In this document: piece after piece, positions 13,610-27,171 of the stretch
How the letters are laid out: each line of letters starts with the position of its first letter
How positions within the stretch are numbered: the first letter of the stretch is position 1
Assembly: GCA_951406725.2 (NCBI GenBank)
Contig: OX597827.1
Coordinates: 21,824,001-21,888,000 of the forward strand
Length of the DNA: 64,000 nucleotides
DNA from: Octopus vulgaris
Lineage: Eukaryota
Direction of reading: 5' to 3'
The notes under the pieces: model-generated
The model's input: the letters and a program-made list of their open reading frames with translations, nothing else
Databases searched by the model: none
Told to the model about the DNA's origin: nothing
Position numbers and translations under genes: made by a program

Positions 13610-13835
13610 TTGACACATCCTCTTTATTCTTCTGATATCTCTCCTACTGATTATCACATATTTGAATACTTTGAGCTTGCTATACGCAATAAAACATTCT
13701 TAAATAAAGAAGAGGTAATTGAAGCATTGAAACAGTTTATCATTGTAAAAGATGACAAATTCTTTGAAGATGGAATATATGACTTAGAGGAAAGTTGGAT
13801 GAAGGTCATAAATGAACAAGGATCATATTTTGATT
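13610..13835 (+). pseudogene. mariner transposase C-terminal fragment
   Basis: HPLYSSDISPTDYHIF (HPPYSPDLAPSDYHLF motif) through FFEDGIYDLEESWMKVINEQGSYFD. Confidence 0.9.
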
Positions 13836-14182
13836 TGCTAGTCCTAGCTGGTGGGGGTGCTTGCCTCCCCTTTGCAAATATAAGGACACAGGAAATGTGT
13901 CAAAGCTGACAGGAAGCGTTGATGCTTCCTAGGGCTATATAGTAGTGGTATAATTCCCTTTATGGGACTGTCACATTATGTTGACTTTATACAACCACTC
14001 TATCGCTCCACCACCGCTCATGTCTCGTTGAGACATTTAGAAATTCAATATTTCTAATATATATTTTAAAACTTAAAAAACAATTTTAATGTTTCTTTTT
14101 TCAAATGCGGCATTTCATGTGAGAAAACCTAATATATATACACACACACACACAGACAATTGCTTTCTATATTTTTTAACAG

Positions 14183-14368
14183 GTTTCTCAGTTCCTCAGC
14201 AAATCTGTCAAAATGGTATTGTCTTCATGCGTGGAGAAGAGTGTTCTTGGAAGGAAGCTTGGTCCCCTGACGGCATACATTAACTGCTTACTGCAACAAC
14301 TGCGTCAGTGGTTATATCCTTGCAGTTACAACCACGTCATTTCTTCGATTATTATTTCCGTATTACAG
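14183..14368 (+). CDS. MUN-domain gene exon, phase 0-0, MHD2-like start
   Basis: ttttaacag| acceptor, CAG|gtaaaa donor; LGPLTAYINCLLQQLRQWLYPCSYNHVISSII resembles MHD2 LxPLxxYLxxxLxxxxxxL. Confidence 0.9.
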
Positions 14369-16096
14369 GTAAAAACTATTTGAAACATTTGATATCTTAA
14401 TAATCGTTATTTGCTTAAGTATTTTTACAAATTATTTCATCAAACGATGTTAATTAACAGCAGTTATTTCCCTTGCATTTTATGTTCAGAATTAACCATT
14501 AAAACTAATCTTTCTCTCTCTCTCTCTCTTTCTCTCTTTCTTTTACACATGTAACTTTAGTTAATTAAAAATTTGGATTCACTGCATTATTAACTCCCTC
14601 TTAATACTAGTAACCCTTTCTCCTATAGGCACAAGGCTTGAAATTTTCAGGGAGAGAGCTAGTTGATTTCATTGCCCCCCCCCCCCAAGAGGTTGAAAGG
14701 CAAAGTTGACTGAAGTGGGATTTGAACTCATAATGTAAAGAGTTGGGTGAAATGCCACTGAACATTTTGTCTGGCACGCTAATGATTCTGCCAGTTTGCT
14801 ACATTAATAATAATAATAATAAAAATAATAACTACCTGGACCTGTGAAAAATTCAAAAGGTTGCAAGATGTAACGAAAATTTTAGAAAAATAAAAAAGAA
14901 ATAAGTGGAAATTTTACTGGTGAGTGTGTTAAAATATAAGGCACCAAAAGAGAATGACTCTCCCCAGACACAACAAAAAATGCTTCAACACACGAACTCA
15001 CATAAAGAATCTTGCAAACCAAATCCAAAAATGAAATAAAAAAGTAAGCATCTATAAATTGTATGCTGGTGCCATGAGAAATGTTTTTATATTGTGACAG
15101 TTACAGAATATAGAAAGAAGTGTAAAACCAATAACTATATAATCCAACCAAAATATCTCAGTTACGCAGACATAAACAGAATTACTATTTAGCCTTCGAT
15201 ACATTGTACATATGCAGAGAACCCACTTGGTTTAGTGGTGCGGAAATGAGTTGTAGCTGTAATTTAAAGGGGCCAGCCTTGTCATATTCTGTGTGAGGCT
15301 GAATCTCTGTGGAGTACTCAGCCACTTGTGGTAATGAAAAGTGAAAGTGACATCTAATACTTGCTGTAGTTATTTGTCTTTCATTTAACAATGTGTGTCT
15401 ATTTATGTATCAACTTTTCTTTGGATCTATGTATCTACTGTCTCTCTCACTTTCTTTCTCTCTCATTTCCTCTGTGTCCCTTCTCTCTCTCACTTTTAAT
15501 TTAACAATGTGTATATGCATCTATTTATCAACTTTTCTTTCGATCTATGCTTCTACTTTTCTTGCGATGTGATAAACATTTAAAAACACAAAACGAACAC
15601 TGTCACCACTCACTGTCTCTTTCTCTCTTTCTCTCTCACTCTCTTTCTCTCTTACTTCCTCTCTGAAACATTTAAAAACACAAAATGAATGCCATCACCA
15701 CTCAATGTCTCTTTCACTCTCTCTCTTTCTCTCTCACTCTCCCTCTTACTTCTTGACTTTCCTCCTCTCTCACATTGCCACTCACTTCTTCTCTGAAGTA
15801 AGTGTGATACACACCACAGGTACGTACATACAAAAAGAACAATTTGGTGTATTAATATTATTGATAATCTTTTCTTCTATAAACACAAAGTCTGAAATTT
15901 GTGGGGAGGGGATAGTCAATCACATTGACCCCATTATGTGACTGGTACTTAATTTATCGATCCCAAAAGGATGAAAGGCAAAGTCGACCTCAGAGGAATT
16001 TGAACCCAGAACAGTCACTAAGCATTTCATCCAGCATGTTAACGATTCTGCTAGTCTGTGTCTGTATATATATATACAATAATGTATGTATATATA

Positions 16097-16393
16097 CAGC
16101 AATCCTTCAACTATCGTAGGTGTCACGCTCCAACCCCCCCCCCCCCCGCAATAGGTGAAAATCTGTGAAGTAGAAACATTATTGTACCATATATTTTTAA
16201 AAATTATTTTTATAATTTGTATATATTTATTTTATTATAAATGCAAAACGACACCATGGAGGAATCGATGTAAGCTTAAATAATAAACTGTGATACGTGA
16301 ACTATGATAGGTGAACCACAATAGGTGAACCACGATAGGTGAACCACGATAAGTGAACTGTGATAGGTGAACCGTGATATGGCGAGGGATTAC
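16097..16393. mobile_element. pogo/Tigger-like MITE with 14-bp subterminal repeats
   Basis: TA|CAGCAATCCTTC ... GAGGGATTACT; about 5 copies of GATAGGTGAACCAC at 16306-16378; partial inverted copy at 55090-55172. Confidence 0.7.
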
Positions 16394-16796
16394 TCTTACT
16401 CTCTTTTACTCTTTTACTTGTTTCAGTTATTTGACTGCGGCTCTGCTGGAGCACCGCCTTTAATCGAGCAACTCGACCCTGGGACTTATTCTTTGTAAGC
16501 CCAGTACTTATTCTATCGGTCTCTTTTGCTGAACCGCTAAGTGACGGGGACATAAACACACCAGCATCGGTTGTCAAGCAATGCTAGGGGGACAAACAAA
16601 CATACACGCACACACATATATATACATATATACGACGGGCTTCTTTCAGTTTCTGTCTACCAAATCCACTCACAAGGCTTTGGTCGGCCCGAGGCCATAG
16701 TAGAGGACACTTGCCCAAGGTGCCACGCAGTGGGACTGAACCCTGAACCATGTGGTTGGTAAACAAGCTACTTACCACACAGCCACTCCTGCGCCT
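16392..16796 (-). mobile_element. SINE family A, full length
   Basis: High similarity to 31303-31709. Confidence 0.9.
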
Positions 16797-18060
16797 ACTG
16801 TATATAATAATGTATATATATAATAATGTGTGTGTATATATAATAATATATAATAATAATGGGGCTGAGTCGATTACATTAACCCCAGTGCTCAACTGGT
16901 AATTAGTTTATTGAAAAGATGAAAGACACAGTCAACCTCATCGTAATTTGAGCTCAGAATGTTCGGAGCTGGAAGAAAAACCATTAAGGAATTTGTCCGG
17001 CATGCTAACAATTTTGCCAGTTGACCGCCTTGATAATAATGGTTTCCAATTTTGGCACAAGGCCAGCAATTTTGGGGGAGGGGCCAAGTTGATTACATAA
17101 ACCCCAAGTTAATTGGTACCTATTTTATTGATCCCCACCCCAAGAGGATGAAAAGCAACGTCAACCTTAGTGGAATTTGACTCAGAATGTAAAGGCAAAC
17201 AAAATTCTGCTAAGCATTTTGCCTGACATGCTAACGATTCTGTCTGCAGGCTCGTTTATGACCTTCGCAATAATAGTAATAATAAAATGAGGACGATAAT
17301 GGTTTCTGACTTAGGTAGAAGGCCAGCATTTTTGAGTGGGACAGGGAGGGAGCAGGCAATAAAAGCTCAACTCAGTACTTCACTGCTATTTATTTTAGTG
17401 ACCCCCCTACCACCACCACCACAACAGGGGGATAAAAAGCTATGTGAATCTTTGTGGAATTTTATCTTTAAATATAAATGGCCATAAATACCACAAGGCA
17501 TTTTATTGTCTGTCACTGAAATAGTTCTCATCCCAACTCCTGGCTGGATGGTTCATTATTCAAGTCATGCTTTACATTGAATAGAGAAGAGGAAGTGGGG
17601 GTAGTGGGGCAGGGGGGAGTACAAGAAATACAAAAGAGAATTCACATAAGAAGTGCAGGATAAGTGCTTGGTGACAGGCAGTGAGTAAACAGCACACATA
17701 CACACACACACATGCATGTGTACATGCGCAATCACGCATGCATGGATACACGCATGCACATGCACTCAATCAGAGACACAGAAGAGGAGACAGTGTGAAT
17801 GATATCAATTATGGGTGGAGTTTGGTAAATGAAAAAAAATTCAATTTCATTTTAAGCTAATAGTTATTCTTTTGAAAATTAGCATTCATTTCATCATTTT
17901 GTGTAAATTAGTGAAATTAGTGAAAGTTAAATTACAATCATTGTTTATTTGCCATAAATCCTGATATTATCCATAATGGTAAATATATACTTCCAAAGTT
18001 ACTCATCATATGACATGCAACACTCTAACACACGCACACACACATACATATATATATATG

Positions 18061-18142
<82 letters not shown>

Positions 18143-19043
18143 AGTCATTGTATGATGATGGGAGTAAATAAGAGGGACCTGTCTCTCTTGTCAGTTTGCA
18201 GCATCTGTATTTCTGGTGCTGAAGAGGAGATAACCACTCTGAAATGCTGAAATGCATACAACCACCAGTCAGATTAGGGAATGCTGCAAGCTGACTCACT
18301 GTATTTAAAAATCTATTTGTCTACAGCAAGAAATTTTCTCCACCATCACAAAATACAGTGAATAGCTTTCTTACTGGTTCCAACATACCTCAAGCATATT
18401 GGAATTGGTAACAGGTTTGTCTATAAATAATAACTGGCACTCCATCTGTTACAATGACAAAGGTTCCAGCTGATCTGATCAATGGAACAGCTTGCTCAGG
18501 AAATTAATGTGTGTGTGGCTGAGTATTCCACAGACACATGTACCCTTGACGTAGTTCTCAGATTCAGTGTGACACAGAATGTGACGAGGCTGGCCTCCTT
18601 TGAATTACAGGTGCAGATCATTTTTGCCAACTGAGTGGACTAAAGTGTCTTGCTCAAGGACCTTGTGACCTTAACCACTAAACTTGAGCACCATCTGAGC
18701 GTGATCGTTGCAAGAGCGGCTAACTGGATTCCGTGCCGGAGCATGTAGGAGGCACCATTTGAGCATGATCGTTACCAGCATCGCCTTACTGGCACCTATG
18801 CCGTTGATGTGTGTAAAAAGATTCAAGCGAAGTCGTTGCCAGTATCGCCTGTCTGGCCCCCGTGCCAGTGGCACATAAAAGTACCCACTACACTCTCAGA
18901 GTGGTTAGCGCTAGGAAGGGCATCCAGCTGTAGAAACTCTGCCAGATCAAGACTGGAGCCTGGTGCAGCCATCTGGTTCACCAGCCCTCAGTCAAATTAT
19001 CCAACCCATGCTAACATGGAAAGCAGATGTTAAATGATGGTGA

Positions 19044-19087
<44 letters not shown>

Positions 19088-19413
19088 AGAATTTACAAAA
19101 AAACAAAAAAACAAAAAACAAAGACAGGTATATAAATAACAAACAGGTGTATTAGTTTAATGCTCGGGAAATGAGAAAAATCTTTTACAATTTGAGCCTA
19201 TGCTCTTCGACAGAAAGGAACATGGAAATAAACATGTTTCCATCTATCAAATCCACTCCCAAGGCTTTGGTCAGCCTGAGGCTATAGTAGAAGACACTTG
19301 CCCAAGGTGTCACGCAGTGGGACTGAACCTTGAACCATGTGGTTCGTAAGCAAGCTACTTACCACACAGCCACTCCTACGCCTATATATATATATCCATT
19401 TATCTTTTAACAG

Positions 19414-19494
19414 ACATTATCAACTTATATTAAACAAATTCCAGAAATGCATCAAAGAGAAAAGATAATAAACACCATTTTGCAGTTAACGAAG
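19414..19494 (+). CDS. MUN-domain gene exon, phase 0-0
   Basis: ttttaacag| acceptor, AAG|gtaagt donor; TLSTYIKQIPEMHQREKIINTILQLTK. Confidence 0.85.
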
Positions 19495-19985
19495 GTAAGT
19501 TATTTACTAATTATTTAACAATTACTGAAAAAATTTACATTATTTGTATGCACCCATACTGTCAAATTCCATGTCAAACATAATTAATCCAGTGCCATCA
19601 CTTTTATTTCTGGATTAGTAAATTTATTTAATTCCTTCTCTGTTATTAAAATATAAAAAAAGTATATTGTTACTCGTGTTTGACCCTAGTCAGAACCGAG
19701 AGTGAGATAGCCTGTGCTCAAAAACACTTAAGCCATGATCAGGATGACTGCAATCACAACGACCACCACAACCACCATTATCATCATTATCGTCATCACC
19801 ATTATAATGTTCATTTTTCTGTGCTTGCATGGGTCAGATAGAATTCATTGAGACAGATTATCTACAGCTGGATGCTCTTCCTATCACCAACCCTTCCCTG
19901 TTTCCAAGCAATGATGGACACCACTTGTATGAGGTGGAACTCGTTTACAACTGTTGCATCATGTCAAAATGAGGAGACACAAATC

Positions 19986-20029
<44 letters not shown>

Positions 20030-20904
20030 GTGTCTTCTTTTAGTTTCCATCTATCAAATTAACTCAAAAGACTTTGGCCAGCCTGGGGCTATAGTTGAAG
20101 ATACTTGCCCAAAGTGCTGTGCAGTGGGACTGAACCTGAAACCATGGGGTTGGGATGCAAGCTTCTTAACCACACAGCTATGTTTGTATGTGTACAATGG
20201 TTTATGCATTGGAGCAATTATTATAACAATTGGATGATGATGATGACGATGATGATAATGATGATTTCTACCCTACCACAACCCACGAGTCAACATGGCA
20301 GCATCTATACGGTCAGACTAATTGCTAGAAATAGAAGTTAAATGTCTCAAGTCACTCTCTACTACCTTAAAAAAATCCTAGAAAACATGGGATAAACTCT
20401 TATAAAACTCTGTGGGTGAAATAAAGACAGGATGGTCAAAGCTGGAATGTCTTCGATTGTTGATATACTTAATCAGTACTGATCTGATTCCACTAACCAC
20501 AAAATATGAGTGGTACCTGTCAGGTAGATCAGAACAGGTGAGTTAGATGTTTTGCTTTGTAGAAGGGAATGCTCCAGAATGACATTAATATGGTTTAAAC
20601 TTGAGACCACGCTATGAAGAAACTTAAATTCTATAAACTGAAACCAGTTATGAGAATTCTGAATTCAAGGAATCTTGTTGGTGGTGTTTGTCTGCAAAGG
20701 TCATCCAAAGGAAAAATATATTTCAGTAGAACGTCAACAGCAACCAAGTCATTTGTTAGATTTTGTGGGAAAGAAAGAAAAAAACCCTTTATTGAGATTG
20801 GGAGGAAGAAATAAAAGAAAAAGATGAAAAGGAAGCTGTGTGTGAATTATTTCAGTCTTTTCATATCAACCTGCCTAAGGCTGCTCTTGGCCCTTTGATA
20901 TAAG

Positions 20905-21071
20905 CAGGGCCAGCTCAAGGTGCCGGTAATTCAGGCAGGTGCCTGGAGTGACATATGCTAGGGGGCAAGCAAGGAGGGTGTCACAAAGACAATGAAATTT
21001 CCATGACCGTCAGCTTGTTCACAGCAAAGTTCATCTTGCCTGGGGTGCCAGCAAATCTAGGTCCAGCCCTG
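20905..21071. mobile_element. hAT-type MITE
   Basis: CAGGGC...GCCCTG termini; perfect 8-bp TSD GATATAAG; inverted relative at 49624-49807. Confidence 0.9.
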
Positions 21072-21304
21072 GATATAAGACTGTGGTTTAAAGGGTTTAT
21101 TTCAATATTGTAACAAAACTACATGTTAGAATCTTTTGTTAAATTTGATTCCAATTTAAGGGTGAGAAAGTCAATTTTGTAAATTACTTCAAAAATGGGA
21201 TTATTTTGAAAATAAATTGAAGCCTAGAGAGACAATGGACTTGAAAGAGTCAAAAATTGTATCAAGACTGATGTGAACTAAATGGTTTTGTTGTTTTCTG
21301 GCAG

Positions 21305-21370
21305 TTGTTGCAGGAAATGGTTTATTCTTTGACAGACCATCAGATTCAAGAGAGTCTTTTACAAAATACC
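21305..21370 (+). CDS. MUN-domain gene exon, phase 0-0
   Basis: ttttctggcag| acceptor, ACC|gtaagt donor; LLQEMVYSLTDHQIQESLLQNT. Confidence 0.85.
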
Positions 21371-21434
21371 GTAAGTTGTCATGTTTTATTCTTTCCTTTT
21401 TTTATTTTTCTTATAAAAAATCTTGACAAAATTG

Positions 21435-21851
21435 GGATCTTTTCGGTTTGAATGGCAGTTTTTTCTAGCAGTGTCATTTGAAATTGTCACCCATAATTAT
21501 GACCCTAGTATCGATCTATTGCATTTCAATCTGTTTTAGGGTTAGGGTTAGTTAGGGTTAGGGTATCTTTTTTTCTTCACAAATGTAAATAAACCCAATC
21601 TGTTTCTTAAACGAGGGACATATTCATACGGCACAGAATGTTTTTTTTTACCTCAATGGACGTCAGTGATTGGTTGAAATTGCAGAAATTGAAGGAAAAA
21701 AACAACAAATATCTTACAAACTATAAAATTTTCTCAATAAAGCCAAGAGAAAAAGATGTTTTATAAACACATTCTACCAGTATACGAAGTTTAAAATTTT
21801 TTAGTTACCTAGAAATTATGTTAAAAATTGCCGTTCAAACCGAAAAGATCC
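21435..21851. mobile_element. MITE with internal TTAGGG repeats (Merlin- or MULE-like)
   Basis: TIR GGATCTTTTCGGTTTGAA..GGCA; perfect 8-bp TSD CAAAATTG; second copy at 32540-32937. Confidence 0.9.
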
Positions 21852-21978
21852 CAAAATTGAAGTGAACTAAATGAATGTAAAATCTCTTTAAATTTTGAAT
21901 TTGTTGTTCAAAAAACCCCTAAAAAACAAAGAACTCCCTGCTTTGACAAATTCTGATCATTTTAAATGTTTATTCCAG

Positions 21979-22059
21979 AATGCCATTTCTTTTAAGTTGA
22001 ATCTTCATTTAATGCCAACAATTAAACTGGCTCGACTTCTGTGGAGTATAAATGTCCAG
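21979..22059 (+). CDS. MUN-domain gene exon, phase 0-0, MHD2-like end
   Basis: tattccag| acceptor, CAG|gtaagt donor; KLNLHLMPTIKLARL resembles the MHD2 terminal LxLYxxxTxxLI. Confidence 0.88.
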
Positions 22060-22434
22060 GTAAGTAAACTGAGTGATAAATTTTTGTTTTGTAATTTGAG
22101 ATAACAAGTAGCATTAATGAGTAGAGATAGGGTTGAGAGGAGACAGCAAGCAACCTCTCTTGTTAATAGATTCACCCAGTCCACTTTGTAAAGTGGTTGG
22201 TGTTAGGGAGGGCTTCCAACCAGAAAAAACCTTCTAAAATAAAACATACGTGACATAACCCCTCTTCCTTCCCAGCACATCTAAGAGGGATGTAACTCCT
22301 AGTAAGGTCTCATTCTAACTGTGATGCTATGCCCAACCAACGTTGAAAGCAGATGTAAAATGATGATGATTTGGGGTTTAAATATCAGTTCTTGAGATTC
22401 TATTAAAATATATCTAAAATTGTCTACTGTATTT

Positions 22435-22785
22435 ATTATCATTATTATTATTATTATTATTCAGTGGTCTTATTTTTATAATGTGCTTTCACTGCACTAC
22501 CAAGCACAGCTCTGTGTGCCTAGGGTATGTGCTGTGGTTTGTTGTGATGCTCTTATTTTCACTGTATTGGAAATGTTTTACGTAGCATGTATGTGGTGCC
22601 TAGAAGTGCTATTTTCTATATGTTATATATACTGGTGCTTTTGTTATGTATTTGTCTGAATGTTTTTTTTATCATGCCTCATGCACCTACTATGATAGGA
22701 ATTGTTTCTGTTTTTAGGCTCCATATTGAAGTTACCTCTATTCCCAGATTTTTGTATTTTGAAAGTTTCTTCATTTCTTTTAGAG

Positions 22786-22815
<30 letters not shown>
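22435..22815 (-). mobile_element. R4/Dong-like (RLE) LINE 3' end inserted in (TAA)n
   Basis: Minus translation KEMKKLSKYKNLGIEVTSIWSLKTETIPIIVGA matches the RLE LINE C-terminal K..KY..L....W......PI.VGA motif. Confidence 0.75.
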
Positions 22816-22818
<3 letters not shown>

Positions 22819-22861
22819 TACATTCTGTGATTTTCATTGAAATTTTCTTATTCTAGAACCA

Positions 22862-23758
22862 CAAGGTGGTATCAAAAACTTCCCAGATTAGTTATTTTTA
22901 TTAAAAAATTAACTTATTTACCTAAGTTTTGATATAATCTACTTTGAAATAGTCACCTTGTCTCAGCATTGCTGTCACTTTTGGAATCTGGCCTGGAAGT
23001 CGTTTTCTGTGAGTCAAGGTCTGTCTGTAATTTACTCTTGGTCTCAACAATGGTGTTAAAAACAGCGACCTTTGAACTTCATTTTTTCATCTTGGAGAAG
23101 AGATGGAAGTCTGCAGGTGCTAAATCTTGCAAACAGGCCAGGTGCAGAAGCGATCCCATGCTGTTTTTCACAAGAAACTCATGAGTGAGGCAAGCGTGGT
23201 GACAGGATGCATTGTTGTTGTGAAGAATCTAATTCTTCCCACTCCAAGATCTGGTCATTTTCTCTGATGTCCTCCCTCAAATATTGCAAAACATCATTGA
23301 TTGTCCTCTGACGATCCTCATGCACATAGCTGATGAATTTTCTTCACATTTCTAGGAGTGACACTCGTGGCAGGTCTTCCAGATTGCTCACCATCTTCCA
23401 GGGATGTTCTGCTTTTTAAGCACCTGTGTCACTTGAAACATTGCATACAACCCATTGCCTCATCAATATAAGCTTGCCAAGGCATGCTCAATGTGTCTGT
23501 AGCAGACTTCCTGAGTTCAATGCAAAATTTCACGTTGACTCTTTGTTCCAACTTCCTGTCCATGACAAAAATTGCAGACTACAGCATCCACACATGATCA
23601 CAAAAACACAAATTTCACAACTTATCAAGCAAACACACTGATGTCATCGGCACACACCTTCATAAAGGTCACTGCTAGTTCTCACTGGGCAGTGACCATG
23701 TGCTGCCATCTGTTGGCACATTACAGAACTAGTCTGGTAACTTTTTGATACCACCTCA
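22862..23758 (-). mobile_element. Internally deleted mariner element
   Basis: TIRs AGGTGGTATCAAAAA.TT.CCAGA.TAG at both ends; minus-strand MDRKLEQRVNVKFCIELRKSATDT is a Mos1-type HTH start. Confidence 0.85.
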
Positions 23759-25265
23759 TAATTGCAACACCACACTTTCTAAACCCATTCCCAGTTCTAA
23801 GATTCCTTACTTTTCAAGATTTCTCTTATTTCTTTAACCGATTCCTATTTCATTCACATGTTAACAGTTTGTGTAAAATACAGAAACCATTTCATGCCTT
23901 GCTCCCATGTCTCGACATAGATTTTGCAGCTGGATGCTTTTCCTAATGCCCACCACTTTACAGAATGCCATCATCATCATCATCGTTTAACATCTGTTTT
24001 CCAAGTTGGCATGGGTTGGACGGTTCAATAGGGGTCTGGAAAGCCAGAGAGCTGAACCAGGCACCAGTCTGATCTGGCAATGTTTCTACAGCTGGATGCC
24101 CTTCCTAACACCAAGAACTCTCAGAGTGTAGTGGGTGCTTTTTACGTGTCACCGGCACAGGGGCCAGCGGGGGCTGGCATCGACCATGATCAGATGGTAC
24201 TTTTTACATGCCACTGGCATGGGAGCCAGTCAAGGCGGTGCTGGTATCGGCCACTTTCGGATGGTGCTTTTTACATGCCACCAGTATGGGGACCACAACT
24301 ACAATTTCCATTTGATTGTGATTTGATTTGATTTTGATGTTGATGTACTTGACTCAATAAGTCTCCTCAAGCACATCATGTCACCCTACAATCCCAGGGT
24401 ACTTTTTGAGTTGGCTGGTTATGCGACACTGGTGTAGGTTACAGCTGTGATCTCACTTTATTTGCCGGGTCTTCTCAGTCACAGCATATCTCCAGAGGTC
24501 TCAGTGTTTCATCATTGTCTCTGTGAGGCCTAACATATGTGGGCTTCTCCATGGCAGCAGCATAGTGGAGGTCTTTATGTAACTTGCAAAGCCAAAGAGG
24601 CCACTAGAGAGCTGGGAGGTGATTTTTGCCAGGTGTTGAGAGCGATTATTGTTTGATAGAGATACAGTAAACAAGTGTGATGTTGCTGAGGAGATTCATG
24701 GCTGCCTCATATTAAATTAGGGTTGGTGGGAATAAATGGGGTGGGGCTGGAAAAGGAGATAAAGATGATGGGGATGAGGTGTCAGAACCAACCGTAAGAT
24801 ACAGGAAGGTGACTAAAAGAGAATGTGGGGAGACAGCAGAATGGAAAAGGCTAAGTGAGGTTTAAACATTGCAAGAGTATGATGGGGTGGAGAGTGAGGA
24901 ATGGTTAGAAACAGGGGCAGGATGAACAAGAATGATGATGCTCAATGATAAATATGAGTGAATGAAAGGTGATAAGAATCAAAATGACTCCAAGGAGAGA
25001 AAGAGGGTTATGGATCCATTATTAATTCCTCATAAAAGTGTGAAACAAACTCAGACTTGCCATTATAATTTCTTCTTTGATTCTCAATAATAGGCAGAAC
25101 ACCATATTTTGTTGTCTTATTTTTACAAGTACATAACATAGATAATGATTCTGGTCTTCAGTTCGTTAATTTATTACATTTGAAGTAAAAACTGTTTCTT
25201 CAAAGTTCCCAAGACTTTGAATGATTTCGAAAATATTTTAATTTTCTTCCCCAACTTTACCACAG

Positions 25266-25416
25266 ATCCAAGAGGATTGTCCTCACTGCTTTTCAATTTC
25301 TAAAATGAAACTTATCCTCACGATAAAGCAATGTCTTCAACCCAAACAGAAATCATTCCAAGGGCTCAACTTCATTCTCTGTGTTTCAAGATTTTATGCT
25401 GAAATCCAAGACCTTT
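25266..25416 (+). CDS. MUN-domain gene exon, phase 0-1, start of DEP-like segment
   Basis: tttaccacag| acceptor, T|gtaagt donor; KQKSFQGLNFILCV resembles the DEP start xxxFxGxxxVxW. Confidence 0.85.
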
Positions 25417-25664
25417 GTAAGTAAAATCTTTTTATACTCTCTCTCCCTCTCTCACCCTTTCTCTCACTCATTTTTCTTACCCACCCCCCTATCCTTCTTC
25501 CTTGTCTAAAGAAAGTCTACCAGGCTCGTTTATTTTGTAATTTCTTTCTGAAATGGTGACTATTTGTTCTATCATCACCTTCCCCATCGCTATCACTCTC
25601 ACCACCATCATCATCATCTCTGTATCTTATTTTAAATGCTGTTTTATATTTCACTACCCTTTAG

Positions 25665-25826
25665 ATGAAATAGTCCTTCCAAAAGCATTAAGAAATGCTG
25701 GAACCGATGATATAACACAATATATTTCAGAAGAATTCTTTAAAATTCTTGTTACATCTGGACATATTTTTGAAATTAATGAAACCACATCTGAAGATCT
25801 GTTTCGAATTAATGAACCGAGATCAG
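25665..25826 (+). CDS. MUN-domain gene exon, phase 1-1
   Basis: ccctttag| acceptor, CAG|gtacgt donor; ISEEFFKILVTSGHIFEI resembles DEP helix 3 (xxxxLLxxGxIxxV). Confidence 0.88.
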
Positions 25827-25908
25827 GTACGTAAAACAATTTTAAAAGTTTGGGAAATGATAGACTTGTTTTTGTGGCAACCTGAAACAACTGTAGTGGT
25901 TCAGCTTC

Positions 25909-26105
25909 TGCTCTGACCAGGAACTGCTTTGACCATGAACTGCTCTGACCAGGAACTGCTCTGACTAGGAACTGCTCTGACCACAAACTGTTCTGACCAC
26001 AAACTGTTCTGACCACGAACTGCTCTGACCAGGAACTGTTCTGACCACGGCTCTGACCAGGAACTACTCTGACTAGGAACTGCTCTGACCACGAACTGCC
26101 CTGAT
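25909..26105. repeat. 16-bp minisatellite (CTCTGACCAGGAACTG), about 12 units
   Basis: Direct reading of imperfect tandem units. Confidence 0.9.
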
Positions 26106-26244
26106 CATTGAACAGTGATGGCTTTGAGATAATCTTTTCTGTTGCAGTTTGTTTGATATTTGCTTATGTAAACATTGCCAGGGTTGGAAATGAAGGGACA
26201 TACAGGGATATATTATGTAAGATATAATATACAAATACCACAAT

Positions 26245-26600
26245 ATCAACCAGACTATCAGATGCTGTTATACACCTCTAGTCACAATGCACTTCCAATT
26301 CTGTATTGATATCATTTTTTTTCAAATTGCCTGACTAAATCATCTCCCCATTATCATGGACGCCTTCCAAGTGGCCTTTTCTGATCACTTGGATATAACT
26401 TGGCAATTGCACCATTCCAACTGTTGTCTGTGAACCTTGCAATATGTTTGGCCCAGTGGTACTTGTGCTTTTGGTACTCTGAAATTACATCATTCACTCT
26501 GTTCCATTCTTAAAATATTTCATTTCAATGTTCTCTCTCAGTGATGTTCCAAGCATGGATCTTTCCATGGCCTCTTGTGTCAAAGGCCATGATATAAAAC
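26245..26600 (-). mobile_element. RTE LINE 3' fragment
   Basis: TQEAMERSMLGTSLRE followed, after a frameshift, by KYHWAKHIARFTDNSW; 3' tail resembles 47245-47352. Confidence 0.75.
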
Positions 26601-27171
26601 ACATGATATAATATCGTTGTGGGTGGCCATGGGCAAATGAAAAGAGAACCCCTAAAAGTAGGCCCTGCAAAAATATATGACTGATCCCTGCATTATTGGT
26701 CACATGACCAATCTGAAATATTTTCGTGTCCAGTTTGGTTGCTGACAAAAGATGGGAGCATGTGAACTTCTAGCTATGCATCTGTGGCCTCCTAAAGCTC
26801 CACATTTTGGAGGGGTCACATTAACCATATCAGTGATTAAATTTTCTTTTTGATTTTTAATTTAATAAAATCATTTTATTTTTATTTTTATTTTTCGTTT
26901 ATTAATGTAGAAAACTTTGGACTAATTTGAAGCAGGCTTTGATCTTACTCTCCACTTTTCCATGATTGCATGACTCAAACAGAATCTGTTGAAGCAGATG
27001 TTTTGACTACCAGGTGCCTTTCCTGCCCCCAATCTTTACCTAACACTTAAACTCATGTAATTTTTTTTATTCATTAGTAATACTTAATGAAACCAGAGTA
27101 AGTTAATACAAACATTAACCAATAATTTTAAAATAATAGAGATTTATAAAGTAAAAATATTTTTCTTTCAG

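Noticed and set aside
18327-18407. Possible extra exon of the MUN gene (tctacag| ... |gtaaca)
   Set aside because: Open only in phase 2-2, whereas the flanking exons require phase 0; the phase-0 reading hits TAG.
21535-21565. Telomere or chromosome-fusion scar
   Set aside because: The TTAGGG units are few and internal to a TSD-flanked MITE present twice.
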